Of a stretch of 64,000 bases of DNA, positions 27,740-41,803 are shown piece after piece (the stretch's first letter is position 1; every line of letters starts with the position of its first letter). Both the position numbers and the translations under genes were made by a program. The stretch is taken from the NCBI RefSeq assembly GCF_009914755.1, contig NC_060929.1; one strand, given 5' to 3'. Origin of the DNA: the human T2T-CHM13v2.0 reference genome, Homo sapiens. A model generated the notes under the pieces. That model was not told the origin of the DNA, did not search any database, and worked only from the letters and a program-made list of their open reading frames with translations.

Positions 27740-28185
27740 TTCTCCAACATCATCTCCTACCACCCTCTCACTTTTGATGCTGCAACCACAGTGGCCTTTG
27801 TGTGCCACCTTGAACGTGTCAAGCTCCTTTCAGGTTCAGGGCCTTTGCACTTGCTGAGCCTTGGTGTGGGTCTCTCTTTCCCCTGATTTTTGGATGGCTG
27901 ACTCCATCTCAAAATGCAGCTCTCATCTCAAATGTCATTGCACAGAGGCCTTCCGAGGATACCCCAGCCATTGAAACTCCGCATTGAAACATCTCCCTCA
28001 ATGCTTTTCTTTATGGTCTTTACCACCTGTCATCCTTGTCTGTTCATGTGTTTATTCTCTGTCTCTATTCAAATGTGAGCAGCTTGAGGGCAAGGATACC
28101 GTCTGACATGGTCACTGTTGTATCGCCGGTGCTTGACACAGCACAAGTCCACAACAGGTCCTCAATCCATGTTTACTGACAGAGT
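27740..28185 (+). mobile_element. L2 3' region
   Basis: cagggcctttgcacttgctg...ctcaaatgtca...aatgtgagcagcttgagggcaagga...ctcaatccatgtttactga. Confidence 0.7.
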
Positions 28186-29689
28186 GACAGTGACATGCAA
28201 TTTATTTTTTTAAAAATCCGTAACTCTGACTCCTCTCTGGTCACTGAAAACTTTCTTCTGCCTGCTTCCCCATGTCCCTTTCCTCACTTTCTTCTTGGAG
28301 GAAACCCTCTGGTGACTCAAGCACACCCTCTGGTGACTCAAGAAGTCAGGTGAAACCCAGCACTCAGAATCTGAACTCACTGCAGCTCTTCAGTCCAAGG
28401 AACATCAACGGACCAATCCAAGATGGAAGCGTCTCACACAAGCACAAGGCGGCATCCTAATTTATAGTAATGGGACCATTTTCAAGACTCCAGTTTTGAA
28501 CTGAGGTCTACTTAAAATACTAATAGCTTGAAAAGGCCAAAAAAATTCCTACAATTCCCTTTGCTTAATTTTTTGGTGCAGAGCATTCTAATGCTGTTAA
28601 ATGATATATTTAAATGTTGAAGTATTTTAAATGAATATTTAAATGTATTGAAATGTTGAGCCAAACAACAGCAGGATGAGAAGGCATCCCCAGCCATTCA
28701 GGGTCCTCCCCTTGAAGGTCTCTCCTGAAATAGTGACTCTGTTAGCTGCTTGGGGGCAGACTTTGGTGGAAGACAGCTGTTCTTCTTTCCTGGAAGAGCT
28801 CAGCTGGGGACTAGGAAAGGATGAGACAGAGCCAACTGATCTGCTTAGGCAGCAATGAGAAGAATGGACACCAAGATGTCCATAGGCCCTACAGGGAATA
28901 AAGACTCAAGTCAGCCAGTAATCCCTGTTCCAAAGGCCTGAGATTCATGTCTATATCCCCACAAAGTGGAACAAGACTGGTTTTTAGCACCACAAAAATG
29001 TGTGAGGTTGGATGTGTTGTCTCTGAAACAATGTGGAAGATTTCAGTCCAGAATGTCTCTCTTTAGCCCCAAGGTAAACAAGAAAACAGCCATATGGCAA
29101 TGCTTTATTCTCAGAAGTTTTCTAGGAATCCAACCAAAGCATCCCAGAAAGGCCTGCGTTTTTAATTCCTTTCCAATTAGACCCTGGGATTTTAGGACAG
29201 CAACATGGGGAGGCTTCACTGCCACAACATGTGACAAATTTCTGCTTTCGCTCCAGATCTTGGTCGGCAGCAGGCAGAACCATTTGAACAGCTGCAGCTT
29301 GGCCACGCTCTCTCTCCTTGGCTCTCCCGCACCTCAAGGATGAAAGATGTTAAGAAGTGCAAGGAAGCGGGTTTCCCTGCTACTGTGGGGTTTCTGCAGT
29401 AGGCCACATCAGGAGTTGGAAACAAAGATCAGGAGAGTAGAAAAGGAAATGTAAGCTAATGGTTTTAAAGAGCCTGCCAGCTATGATCCTTGGGAGAGAA
29501 CAAATCAAACACAGTTCCACAGGTGACACAGGATGTACCTGAATAGAAACCTAACACAGTTTCACATTTCATTTGGCTGGAACTTTGTTCTCCATGTTCT
29601 GCTGTGAATAAACCCAGATCCAACAGGCAGGATCAAGATCCCAGAGTCTAAGACTTTGGTGGAACCAGGAGACCATCTCATCTAGCCTC

Positions 29690-30260
29690 TGCATAAGAAA
29701 GATACCCTTGTCCAAGGGGAGTTCTGGCCTTTGCCCCCTGCCCCTGGGAGGGGATTGCTAAGCCCTTGGACTGTGCTGCCTGATAAGAGCATCTTTGTTT
29801 AGCTGGGGGCTTTGGGCCATGACACAGTCTATGCTAACAATGTGATTTATGGTGGGAGGCCACGGACCATGTGGTGTCAGCTCAACCTCTGGAAGGCCAG
29901 ACACTACGGTCAGCCATGCAGCCAGCCAGCCAGCCATATCCATGTGACTGAGTCCCAGTAACATCCTTGGATGCCAAGGCTCAGGCAAGCTTCCCTGGTT
30001 GGCAGTGCTCTGAGTGTATTGTCACACACCAGTGCTGTCTGCACAACTCCACTGGGAGGGGACACTGGGGAGTTATGTGCTTGGAACTCTTCTGGGCCCC
30101 ATGCCCCTCTTCCCTCTGTTGATCTTAATGTCTCCTTGTGCTGTAATAAACCATAACCATGAGCATAAAGGTTTTTGTGAGCTCTGTGAATCCTTTTGGT
30201 GAATTATTGAGCAGCTGATGTCAGAAGTGAGGGTACCTTAGGGGACTGCCAACCTCTGTA
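29690..30260 (+). mobile_element. MER21-like LTR
   Basis: ttgtccaagggg...ctggcctttgcc...ctaagcccttgg...cctgataagagcatctttgttt...gtctatgctaacaatgtgatttatggtggg; AATAAA in tgtaataaaccataaccatgag. Confidence 0.75.
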
Positions 30261-33200
30261 GAAACTAAGGTCCAAAGAGCAACAGGAAGAGCCTGGGAGA
30301 ACTCAGGTCTCTTGATGCCCAGTTGAGTTCCCTAGCACGGGAGGTGCATCACACACAGATTCCTGAGCCAGGAAACAAACGTGCACCAGAACAGAACCGG
30401 TGGGTAGTCATTCCTGTAGTCTAGCCCCATGGGCAGCTGTGCCCTTGGCCTTGCTGTCAGATGTACTTGGACCCTCCAAGCCAAAGTCTACTTGGTCCCC
30501 TCTTTGTCCCCCAACTGTGGACATGTTGGTTTGTCATCTAGCCCATTCTAATAATTCTATTTCACTGAATAAAGATCAGCTGGCAGGCCAGGACTTTTCC
30601 TAGTGCCAACTGGCTTTTTCTGCATAAAGGGGATTTTCCAGCAGACGGTGCTTCAGGGATTCAGTTTGTCTTATGCTGGGAAAAGTCAGTCTTGAGCCAA
30701 ATGTAGGTACCCATCCCAATAGACGAAGAAGCCTCAGGGATGGACTTCCAAGGCTGGCTTGGTCTCCATGCAGGGTTCTGGCAGGCACACCCACACATGG
30801 CCTGCTGAATACCACCAGCCTCCAAAGCTACCCAAGTCTGTCCTTTTCTTGTTAATGTTAATCTCTGTATCTTCCAAAGTTTAATGCCCATCTGGCATTT
30901 GAGGCTTGGCTAAAGAGAATCATGCCTCTTAATAAAACAAAAAGCCAATTACACAAGTTGTTACATTTGGCAGCTGGTATCTTGCTAATTTGCAGCATGG
31001 GCGGTCCCTCTGTTAATCCCCTCCCTGGGCTCATTGCTCCTGTGTCTCCTCAGCAGGACCTGGGTGGAGAGCCACACCGAGACATCTCATGCCACTCACA
31101 GCAGAGTCTCAGAATATCATGATGAGAAGGGGACTGAGAAAACAGTAAGGCCAATCCCCTCTATTGCACAGAGGGAGAAACTGAAGCCACCTGGCAGGGG
31201 GTTGGGTGGGAGGACCAGGCTTGTTCCGTCACAACCTGGTGAGGTTAGAACACCAAGTCCTGGCACCCAGCCTGACACAGCCCCTCCCACTGCCCAGGCA
31301 CCTACTTTCTTATTCTCCACAAAATGCTCAGCTTAGGTGGGCCCCATTCTGACAGGTGGGCGCCTCCTACACAGTGTGATTTTAGAGACTCTAGCAGGCT
31401 CATTTGGCCTCAAACGACACCATTAAGGGCAACACACTTGTGCCATTTGATTTACTGGGTGGGTTCTGTCACCTGGCATCAGCAGGGCTTAGTTAACCCA
31501 TTAGGCACCCCACTCCAGATAGTCTCAGAGCTGAGGAATCCCTGGTGGCAGAGGACACAGGGCAGCTAGCTATGACACAGGTAGAAGAGCACCTCCCTCC
31601 CTCCCTCCCCAGGTGCCAGTGAGGCGCTGCTGATTTGATCCCTTTGTTGGGGTTGGTCCTATCTAGCAGGGCTGCCCTCCACCCACCCAAGCCAAGAGCA
31701 TCCTACTGGATTCCAATCCCCCTCCTCCAGGAAGCTTCCTGGCCACCCAGCTCTTACTGTTCTAGCTCCTTTGAACTGTCACCGTGCATGTGGTCATAGC
31801 CCCACAACCTTCATCTTCAATCATGCCCTAATATTTTCTGTCTGCCCTGATGAGACCCAGAGTTCTCCAGGGCAGAAGAGGAACATGATTTCTGCCCAGA
31901 GTTCTCTGCTTGTCGCTGAGGAAATGACAAGGTCGCTTGGAATATGGCAGCTGTGGTTGGCAGGCTGGGCTGTGGGCAGGGAGACAGGCTGAGACTGAGA
32001 TGGCCCCTCACTTGGTATCTGCCTGCAGGCCAGCCTCTCTAAAAGTGAAGCATCTGGATCCTATTTAAGGAGCCTCTCCCTGTGGGAGAGTCCTAATTTT
32101 TTTTTTAAACATTAGCCATGGCTGGGCAGGAAGCCTGCTGGAGGATACCCAAAGTAAGACAGGGGTCCCAGGCCTGAAGGGAAACAGGACAGTAGTTCTC
32201 CCAGGCAAGTCAGCGTGCTCAGGGTCCTGTGTGGTCTGGCTTCCTAGGCAGAGTTGTGTGAGGACAGGCTCGGGGAAGGGCAGCATGGGTCCTGAAGCAT
32301 GGTCTTTGGGCAGTCTTGGGGTTTGGACTCCTGTCCCGCCAGCTGGAGAGAAGGAATGAGGGATGAGGCGGTGCTGTGGGAAGTGGGGAGAAGGGGTAGG
32401 CAGGTGTGAGGCAGCAGTGAGTCAGAGGCTCAGGCAGCCTCGCCCTCAGAGCAGAGGGGGTGGTTTCAGGAATGAGAAGAAGGAAAGAAAGCCAGAGTTC
32501 AAAGACCCATTAGGGTCTAAGGCAACTGGCCCCATGGAGCAACAGGGAAAGGCAGGTTGGGGTCATCGAGTGGGTGCTGGGGTGCTGAGTCAACCCAGGG
32601 TAAGAGATTGCTCTCCCCTGCCATGACTGGCTGCAAACTGGGTTCCCAGCACAGACGTGAGCTTGGACATCAGGCCTGTGATGACAGAGGCCCTGGCTGC
32701 CTCCCTGGCCAGTACCAGCCTGGTTCTCTGAATGCCTGGGTAGTTCTGGGCAATGCTGGCAAGCAGGGCCCATGCAGGGATGGGGCATGGAGGGACAGCG
32801 CACAGAGGGCCAACGGTCCCGAGGACTCAGAGGGTCACCAACCCCAGGCCATCAAGACCGGCCAGCTCTGGGACTTAATGGAATGAGCCACACAACCTAC
32901 AAAGGGTGTCCACTCCGAGACTCTGACCACGTAAGCTCTGCCCATGTTTTGGGGCTGCCCAGAAGCCAGCACTGCTTTCCCAAGGCCCTCACCGCAAGAG
33001 GCATTCCTGACATTTAACATATCTACTCTTGAGGGTTTATCCCATGTAGGTCTCGTGAAATTTAAAATCATGGCTAGTGTCCCTAAAACTCCCAGGATGG
33101 GAAAAAGCAAGCATGAGGGAAGAGGGTCTACGGAAAGTGTGGGCCTGACTCCTGGTGGCAGGACGGACCTGTCTAGGGTGTGAGAGCCGCTGAGTGTCCC

Positions 33201-33885
33201 TACAGGGCCTCCACTTGTCTGGCACAACACAAGAGCTCCCAGGGGAAAAGCCTCCATTTGAAGTGCCTGTAAAGTAATGCGGAATGTGTCAGATGATTCA
33301 TGTGCGTAAATATCAGTTGGCAGACAAGGAAATGTCATTTTCACCTTTGTTCTCAGATTCTTTTGAAGTGTGAAAAAAGATGGTTTCAGCGATCACTGGG
33401 CATTGTTTGTTACAGGAGCATCATTAAAGAAACTGATTTGGGGCTTGAAAAACACTGAGGTATGAACACTGTCTGTTAGAGCTGGAAGGACTCCTCATCG
33501 TCAGACGTCGCTCCCGGGGCAGAAATTCCTCCGCCTCTTCCCCAACAGCCTCGGCTGCTGCTTGTCCACTCCCAGGGACGGGAAGCCCACTTCATCACCG
33601 GGAGGCCCATTGCAAAGGCAGCCCCAGCTGTTGGAAGGCTCACCATTTTATGGTGGAAACTGCTTCCAGGAGAGAGGAATTGAAATCCATGACACTGACA
33701 AGCAGGGCATTTGAAATTGGCCTCCCTGTCACCCACCCACAGGCCGAACATCTGCCTGCTGGGGCTGCCAAACACACCTCATCAAACTTCCAGGTAAAGG
33801 GCCATCAGCTTTGGAGACAGTTTTCATGTTTCTCCCGCCAGGGAGATAATGCTTCATGCTGAGATTTGAGGACTGGCAGGGGAAT

Positions 33886-33988
33886 TATCTATCTATGTAT
33901 CTATGTATCTATGTATCTATGTATCTATGTATGTATGTATGTATGTATGTATGTATGTATGTATGTATGTATCTATCTATCTATCTAT
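33886..33988. repeat. Compound (TCTA)/(TGTA)n tetranucleotide STR
   Basis: Read directly. Confidence 0.95.
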
Positions 33989-34646
33989 TTTTTAAAATTT
34001 ATTGTCCTGTGGAATAAAGTTTTTAGACTGTGTGTGATCCTAGTCTTTGCCCCCTGGAGGTCACCTGTGTGTCAGAATCCCCCTAAGCACGTGACACCAA
34101 GGAGAGAACACATAACTGAGCTCAGTGTTTACCTTGGTATTAGGACTGGGTCATGGCCCAAGGCTCCTAGTCGCCAACCTTCCAGGCCTTTCCACAACGA
34201 GCCCTGGAGTCAGCAGGAAGCCAGCCAACAGGCTTCTGCAAAGGAACTTTTAAAGGTAGTAAAAAGCCAATGAGGACAACCACAATTCCAAGCAACACTT
34301 GGAGTGGGAGCCATAAAACCAGCCCGATGAAAGAGAGCTGTTGTGTTTTAGTGTTAACATCACTTATGGGGGAATGGATCCAGACACATTCTGAACAGCC
34401 TTTGTTTCCCCTTGGGTAGCCAGCTCCTCTCTGGAGAGTTCAGGGAATCTGCATATCAAATGTGGCATTTTATGGTGCGAACTGAGCCTCCAGCGGGGAG
34501 GAACTGAAATTTCTGGCATATACAGGCCGGGCACTCTGCTTTAATTGTGCCCAGAGGGAGGGTGACTCCTTGTAACAGGCTTCTTCATGTTCTTTGTCAC
34601 AGCTGCTTTCTCAGCAGCTCCCACCTGTGAGAACATCATGGCTGGC

Positions 34647-34908
34647 TGCTATGGACCGAATGTGTCTCCCCAGAATTCATACATTAAAGCCTAAATCCCC
34701 AACGTGAAGGTATTAGGAGGTGGGGGGAGCCTCATGAATGGGATTAGTGCCTTTCTCAGAAGAGACATGAGAGAGGATCTCTCTCTGCCATGTGAGCATG
34801 CAACAAAAAGGTGGCTAAGAAGCCACCCCAAAAAGGTGGAATAAAATTTTCATAGTTGTCTAAATCACCTATTTGGTGCTATTCTGTTAAGGAAGCCCAA
34901 ATGGACTA
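34647..34908 (+). mobile_element. MLT1A-like LTR, internally deleted
   Basis: tgctatggaccgaatgtgtctccccagaattcat...ctcatgaatgggattagtgcc. Confidence 0.8.
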
Positions 34909-36258
34909 TTCTAATCCCTGCCAGGAAGGCCTGCGGCTATTACGAAGAGCCCCCAGGGCTCTGCAGCCAACAAGAGCTGACATGACACCACCAGCCCACT
35001 GCCTTTTGGGGTGATGCAGGAGGTGGGCGGTCAGCACCTTGAATCTTGGACTGTGGGAATTATAGGGATTGGAAGAGTTTTTTCCGAGGGTAACTTCCTT
35101 GAAACACATCCTGAGAGTAAGAATGTGAAATCCATGAGTAACACCACCATGTGGGAGGGTTGCACAATGAGCTATATGTAGAAGCAGAGATCCACTGGAT
35201 GCACATACAAGAAGGAACCAGTGTGAACAGGCGGCAGCACCAATGTGAAAATGAGTGAGCTGGAATATACTGCTTCATGGCCAAGCTGATCCATAACTTA
35301 ACACCAGGTTGGGTGTGTGGGATGCTGGCCCCACACTGAACAACTGTTTGGGGCAGACCCCACCAAACCTACCCTCCCTTCTTGGGAAGCCTTGATCATA
35401 ACCTAGTCCATGTAGACTGGGTTGGGGCCACAGTGCACCCTCCATCTCCCTGGGTGGGGCACTAAGATGGGTGAACAGCACAAGCACCTGAGCAGCAATG
35501 GTCCCCAAAATCTCAGGATGAAGCATCACTTGCCTCTACCTTCAGCAGCATGATGCCCTTCTCTATGTTGGCTTAAATAGAACTGGTCACAGAGCTTCAG
35601 AGTTATCCCCACCCCTCAGGAAGCATGGGAAGTTTCTTCCCTTAGACTCCAGCTCTCTCCTGCAGTAACCACACTCAGCAGCACAGATGTGAGGGCTAAG
35701 CTGCTTGCCTCTGCCTGACCTGAAATGAAGTCCCTTGGGCAGGGAAACCCTGAGCCCCACATTAATCTAGCTAGCCATGTCCTGAGTGGTAACTTAGAAG
35801 GGTGATTTCACAGGATCTGGGAAGGTCCTCCTGCCCCCTCCCCTGGCTTCCCTATCCTCCTCCAACTGCCCACACTCAGACTTACTGACCTGGGCACAAA
35901 GGATTTTATTTGATAATTACAGGTGGTTAGATGTGCAACTTTCTCCTATTCGGTCATTATGGAGGCAAATTTATTCACGAGAAGTCCCTTTCTGGACAAG
36001 GGTCCATTGTACTGGTGGAGCTGAAGGGAGGAAAGGGGTCCACACAGGGGTTCTGGGCCCAGGGCACACAGTGATTTTACCAGAGACAAGCCTGAGTTCA
36101 CCATCTCTTCTCTGTGGAATTGAGCTGTGCAGATGAAATGGTCTTTTAATATTATCTCTTCTAGAAAGAAATTGTGACAGTACTACCATCTTGGTTAAAT
36201 ATGAACTTTCCAATCATATTCTTGGTGGGCAGTTAAACAAGCAAACCAAAAACCCCTA

Positions 36259-36619
36259 ACTATGCACTGAATGTTTGTGTCTCCCCAAATTCATATGCTG
36301 AAGCATAAATCTCCAATGTGATGATACTTGGAGGTGAGGTGTCTGTTAGGTAATTAGTTCACAAGGATGGAGTCCTCATGAATGGGATTAATACCCTTTT
36401 AAAAAAAAGACAGGAAGAGATGATCTCTCTCTCTCTCTCTCTACCATGTGAGGTCACAGCAAGAAGATGGTCATCTGCAAACCAGGAAGAGGACCCTCAC
36501 CAGACACAGTTCTGCTACCACCTTGATCTTGGACTTCCCAGCCCCCAGAACTGTGAGAAATAAATTTCTTTAAGCCACTTAGACTATGATAATCCGTTAT
36601 AGCACCAGACTGACTAAGC
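36259..36619 (+). mobile_element. MLT1A-like solo LTR
   Basis: ctgaatgtttgtgtctccccaaattcatatg...ttggacttcccagcccccagaactgtgagaaataaatttc...agactgactaag. Confidence 0.85.
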
Positions 36620-36988
36620 ACCCCTCATTTCAACAACTCAGGCCTATGACAGTGTTAGGTGACATGGGACCACAGATCAGACAGAAATCTTGGAGTCCCA
36701 AAACTTTAGAGTTGGATGGAACCTTGAGAGGCAATCAAATTCACGTCAGCCATCTAGAAATCAGTAGGTGGTATTCGAGGAGTGAGCTGGTGCATAACCT
36801 GGTTGGCAGTCTCAACTTAAACACCTCTGTCTCCCCTGAAGGGATTCTCTGCACTTTCCCTGCAGCACTCTTGAGCACCCATTACCTGCTGTTTTCCAAA
36901 GAAAACAATGGTTTGACTTACTGTTGTATAAAGAGATCCATTTATAAAGAGCTATTTTGAAAAAAAACCCAAAACATAGGGTGTGCAT

Positions 36989-36992
<4 letters not shown>

Positions 36993-37030
<38 letters not shown>
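36993..37030. repeat. (TA)n microsatellite
   Basis: Read directly. Confidence 0.95.
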
Positions 37031-37035
<5 letters not shown>

Positions 37036-38361
37036 CTCTAAAGTTACATACCAAAATATTATCCCTGGTTCTCTCTGATGGTAAATCACTTTTATTTTTC
37101 TCTTTTGTGCTTTTCTGTATGTCCTAAATTCTCTGGAAATAATACATAATACCTTTGTAATCAGAAAAACAACAATAAAAGGAAAGCAACAGCAGTTACT
37201 TTTAAAGACCCCTAATCAATATTTTCCTGCCTTGATTGAAATAGCCAAGCCTCATGCTAGTTCCCCATTGTCAGAAAACAGCTGGAGTGTTGGTGAAAGC
37301 ATGAAAGGAAATAAACTGGTTAGTAAAAAGCAGTGGAGGAGCTTTAAAGTAGGTGCTACTTTGTGATAAAAATGTACCTTATTCTACTCTCACTCCCGTT
37401 GGGTATAGTTGATCCATTAGAGGCAACTACCAAAAATATCTACTTGTCTAGAAATCTGGCTTTCTGTCACATTGGGATCAGTAATAGCCTCTAAAGTTAA
37501 TTTGTTCTTCCCACATTGACATGATTTAAAGTGATATGAACCCTTGTGAGATGAGTGGAGAGAGTAGAAAATATTACAAGTTTCTGGAAGATCCATGGCC
37601 TTAGAGAGCACACATACTGCTTGCATCAGTTGATATTTATACTTAAGTAATGGAGAGATATACTATGTTTACGGATGGAAAGCCACAGTCTTGTAAAGAT
37701 GTTGATTCTTCCTGAATTTACCCATAGACTCAATGCGATACAAATCAAATTTCCAACAGGTTGTGTGTATACACACGTGTGCACTTGACAAGCTGAATCT
37801 ACAATTTATAAACATATACAAAGTCCTGAAGACAGCTTCAGTGCTCTCAAAGAAGAAGGACAAGGGCTTGTCCTATGAGATATCAGAACTTACTATATAA
37901 AGCTTTTATAATTAAGACATTGTGGTATTGGTGCAGGAATAGATCAACTGAACAGAAGAAAGAACTCTGCAATATGCTCCTGCAGAAACAGACATTTGCT
38001 ACAAGACAGAGGCAGTATTGTAGATCTCTGGGGGAACAGATAGACTTTTCAATAAATGGAGTTAGGGCAAATTGGAATTGGAATTCATGTGAAAAATAAT
38101 AAAACTAGGCCTTTGCATTATACCATTCACAACACATTAAATCCAGGTAGACTAAAAAAATAAACATTGGGTCCCGCTTTTAGAATTATGGCATAACGAA
38201 CTCTGTAGACATGCTCTTCAGAGAAATAAATATAAATGGTGAAATGATGATTTTGATTTAAAAAAAAACACACACACTCCAAACCCAACCGGTTAAAGTA
38301 TCTGGAAATTTTCCTAAGTACCTATAGCACATGAAGAAACATTTATTCAAGAAAATCTACT

Positions 38362-38627
<266 letters not shown>

Positions 38628-41510
38628 CTACTAAATTCAGTAAAAACAGCAAGAGTCTTACTTGAGCCATGATCTGCTTGCTCCCTCTCTCTTTGCCAGC
38701 TAAATGTGAAGGAAGCTTCATTCTGGATGGAAGTGCCAAGGAGACAGGGTTCCCTCTTCCCCAGCTTCCAGTCAAGGTATATAATATTTCCCTGGGAGGT
38801 CAGGATGCCAGCACAACTAATCCCTGCCAGCTCCAGGCTGTGGAGACTAAATTCCAGGCAAATGCAACTGAGCAGTCTGGGGCTCTCATCTTCCACTCAG
38901 CTCTGACTCATAAGATGGAGACTCTACTGCTGGTGTGACAGGGCAGTAACACTGGGACCCGAAGTTCCCTCACCCCAGTTTACTCATAGGACAGAGATTT
39001 CATGCTGGGAGAAGTGAACTGAGAGACCAGAGTCTACCATGACAACCAGGCTAGAATTACAACTAAGGTTGTCATTCTAAGAGAACTGGGCCATTATGCC
39101 CACACCAAACTCTGGAGCAGTGGCTTGGAGATTTTGGCCATGGGGCGAGACAGGCCATTAAAATGGAGAGCTCTGACTGAGAGGAATTTGGAACAGAGTA
39201 TGAGGAAGTTTGAGCCTAAAAGTACTCTTAAAACAATGAACATTTTGGTGGTAAGTAATTAAGAGGAGGCTGGTAGCTCCATGAGAGCAACAAGCTAGAC
39301 TGTAGGACAGCTAGTTTACTAGGGAAGAAAATGAACCAAAAAAAAAAAATGAACAAAGCCTCAGAGAAATGTGTGACACCATTAAGCACACCACCATATG
39401 TGCAGTAGAAGCACCAGAAAAAGAAAAGAGAAAGGAACAGAAAATTATTTGAAGGATTAATGGCTAAAAACTTCCTAAATTTGATTAAAAAATTAATCAG
39501 TACATCCAAGAAATTCAACAATCTTCAAGGAAGATATACACAGAGATCCAGGTGCACTCTACTAAAAATATAGAAAACAAAGACAAAGAGAAAAATTTGA
39601 AAGCAGCAACAATTTTTTTTTTTACTCGTGTACAAAGGAACTTCAATATGATTAACAGCTGACTTTTTGTCAGAAGCTAAAGAAGCCAGCAGACAGTGGA
39701 ATGACATATTCAATGTGCTAAAAAACAAAACTGTAAACAAAGAATCGTATATCCAACAAAACCACTTTTCAAAAACGAAGGCAAAATAAGGACATTCTCA
39801 GATAAACAAAAACAGATAATTCATTGCTACATACTCACTCTACAAAAGGTGAAAGAAGCTTTTTAGGCTGAAAGCAAGTGACCCCAGATGGTAATCACAT
39901 CTACACCAAAAAAAAAGAGCACTGGCAAAGATAACTATGTAATTATAGCAGACAGTATAAATATACATTTATTCTCCTTTCTTGTTAGCTGATTTTAAAA
40001 GCAATTGTATAAAATAATATGTTTATAACTGTACAATTGTGCCTATAACATACAGAAATATAACATACTTGAAAATAATAGCACAAAGGATGTAGGTGGG
40101 TGCAAAACTGTATTGGAGTAAGGAAATGATATCAAATGATAACTTGAATCTACAAAAACACTGAAGAAAACCAGCAATGGTAAATAAGAAGGTTAACATA
40201 CAAATTATATAACTATATACTTGCTCTCATTTATTCCCTCAGCTTCAAATGACAAAATTATTTAAATCAGTAAATTTAAAACATGTATTATTGGGTTTGT
40301 AACATATATAGTTTTATTTTGTGTAACAGTAATAGCAGAAAAATGTAAAGTGTAAAATACATATAGGAATAACATTTCTATATCTCACAGAAATTAAAAG
40401 TTTTAGTATGAATTTGAAGTAAATTCTGATAAGTTATGATGTATATGGTAAACCCCAGAAAAATCACTAAAAACACCCTCCAAAAATGTAGGAAAAGTAT
40501 CATTAAATGACTTAAAATGCTACAACAGAAAATGTTCAGTTAATACAAAACAAAGCACTGAGGGAGAAACAGAGGAATAAATGAAATGAGACATATAAGA
40601 AGCAAAGTAAAATTTCAAATATAAATCCAACTATATCAATAAACATATTAAATGCTAATGAATTAAGCAATCCAATCAAAAGGCAGAGATTTTCAGACTG
40701 GATAAAAAAGTAATATTCAAATATATGCTGGCTGTAGAACACATACTTTAGAATTAAAGATATAAATAGATTGCAAGTAAAAGCATGGAAAAAGAAACTA
40801 TAAGAAAGCTGAAAGAGTTATACTAATATCAGACAAAATTAACTTTAATATAAAACAATGCTACTGGAGATAACCAGGTGTTATATAAACAGATAATAAT
40901 AAAAGGGCTAATCAATTTGAAAGATTTAATAGTTTTAGACATATACACATCTAACAAGAAACCCCAAAATACACGAAGCAAAAGCGACAGAACTAAAGAA
41001 AGAAATAGATGACAATAATAGATGGAGGCTTTAATATCTCACTTTTAATAATGAATAGAACAACTAGGAAGATCAACAAGAAAATAAAAGACTGACAAAA
41101 CTATGATACAACTAAACCTACTAGATCCCGCTGGAACACCCTATTTAACAAAAGCAGAATGCACATTTTTCTCAAGTGTACATAGAACATTTTCCAGGAC
41201 AGACCATATACTAGACCAGAATAGAAAGTTCAATAAATTTAAAAGAACTGAAGTCACACAAAATATGTTCATCTACCACAAGACTGAAATTAAAACCAGT
41301 ATCCAAATGAAATCTGGGAAATTCACAGATACGTGGAAATTAAACAACACACACCTACATAACCAATGGGTCAAATAAGAAATTACAAGAGAAAATACAC
41401 TTTGATATGAATGAAAATAAGGACACAACGTAACAAAACTTACGAGATGTAGTAAAGGAGTGCTTAGAGAGAAACTTGTAGCTATTAATGCTTACATTAA
41501 AAAAGAAACA

Positions 41511-41803
41511 GGCCAGGCACAGTGGCTCATGCCTGTAATCTCAGCATTTTGGGAGGCTGAGGCAGGCGGATCACAAGGTCAAGATATCGAGACCATCCTG
41601 GCCAACATGGTGAAACCTCATCTCTACTAAATATACAAAAATTAGCTGGGTGTGGTGGCTTGCGCCTGTAGTCTCAGCTACTCGGGAGGCTGAGGCAGGA
41701 GAATGGCGTGAACCTGAGAGACAGAGGTTGCAGTGAGCCACTGCACTCCAGCCTGGTGACAGAGTGAGACTCTATCTCAAAAAAAAAATAAAATAAAATA
41801 AAA
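41511..41803 (+). mobile_element. AluSc-like inserted in L1 ORF2
   Basis: ggatcacaaggtcaagatatcgagacc; short right-arm deletion (cagtgagccactgcactcc); (AAAAT)n tail. Confidence 0.9.
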
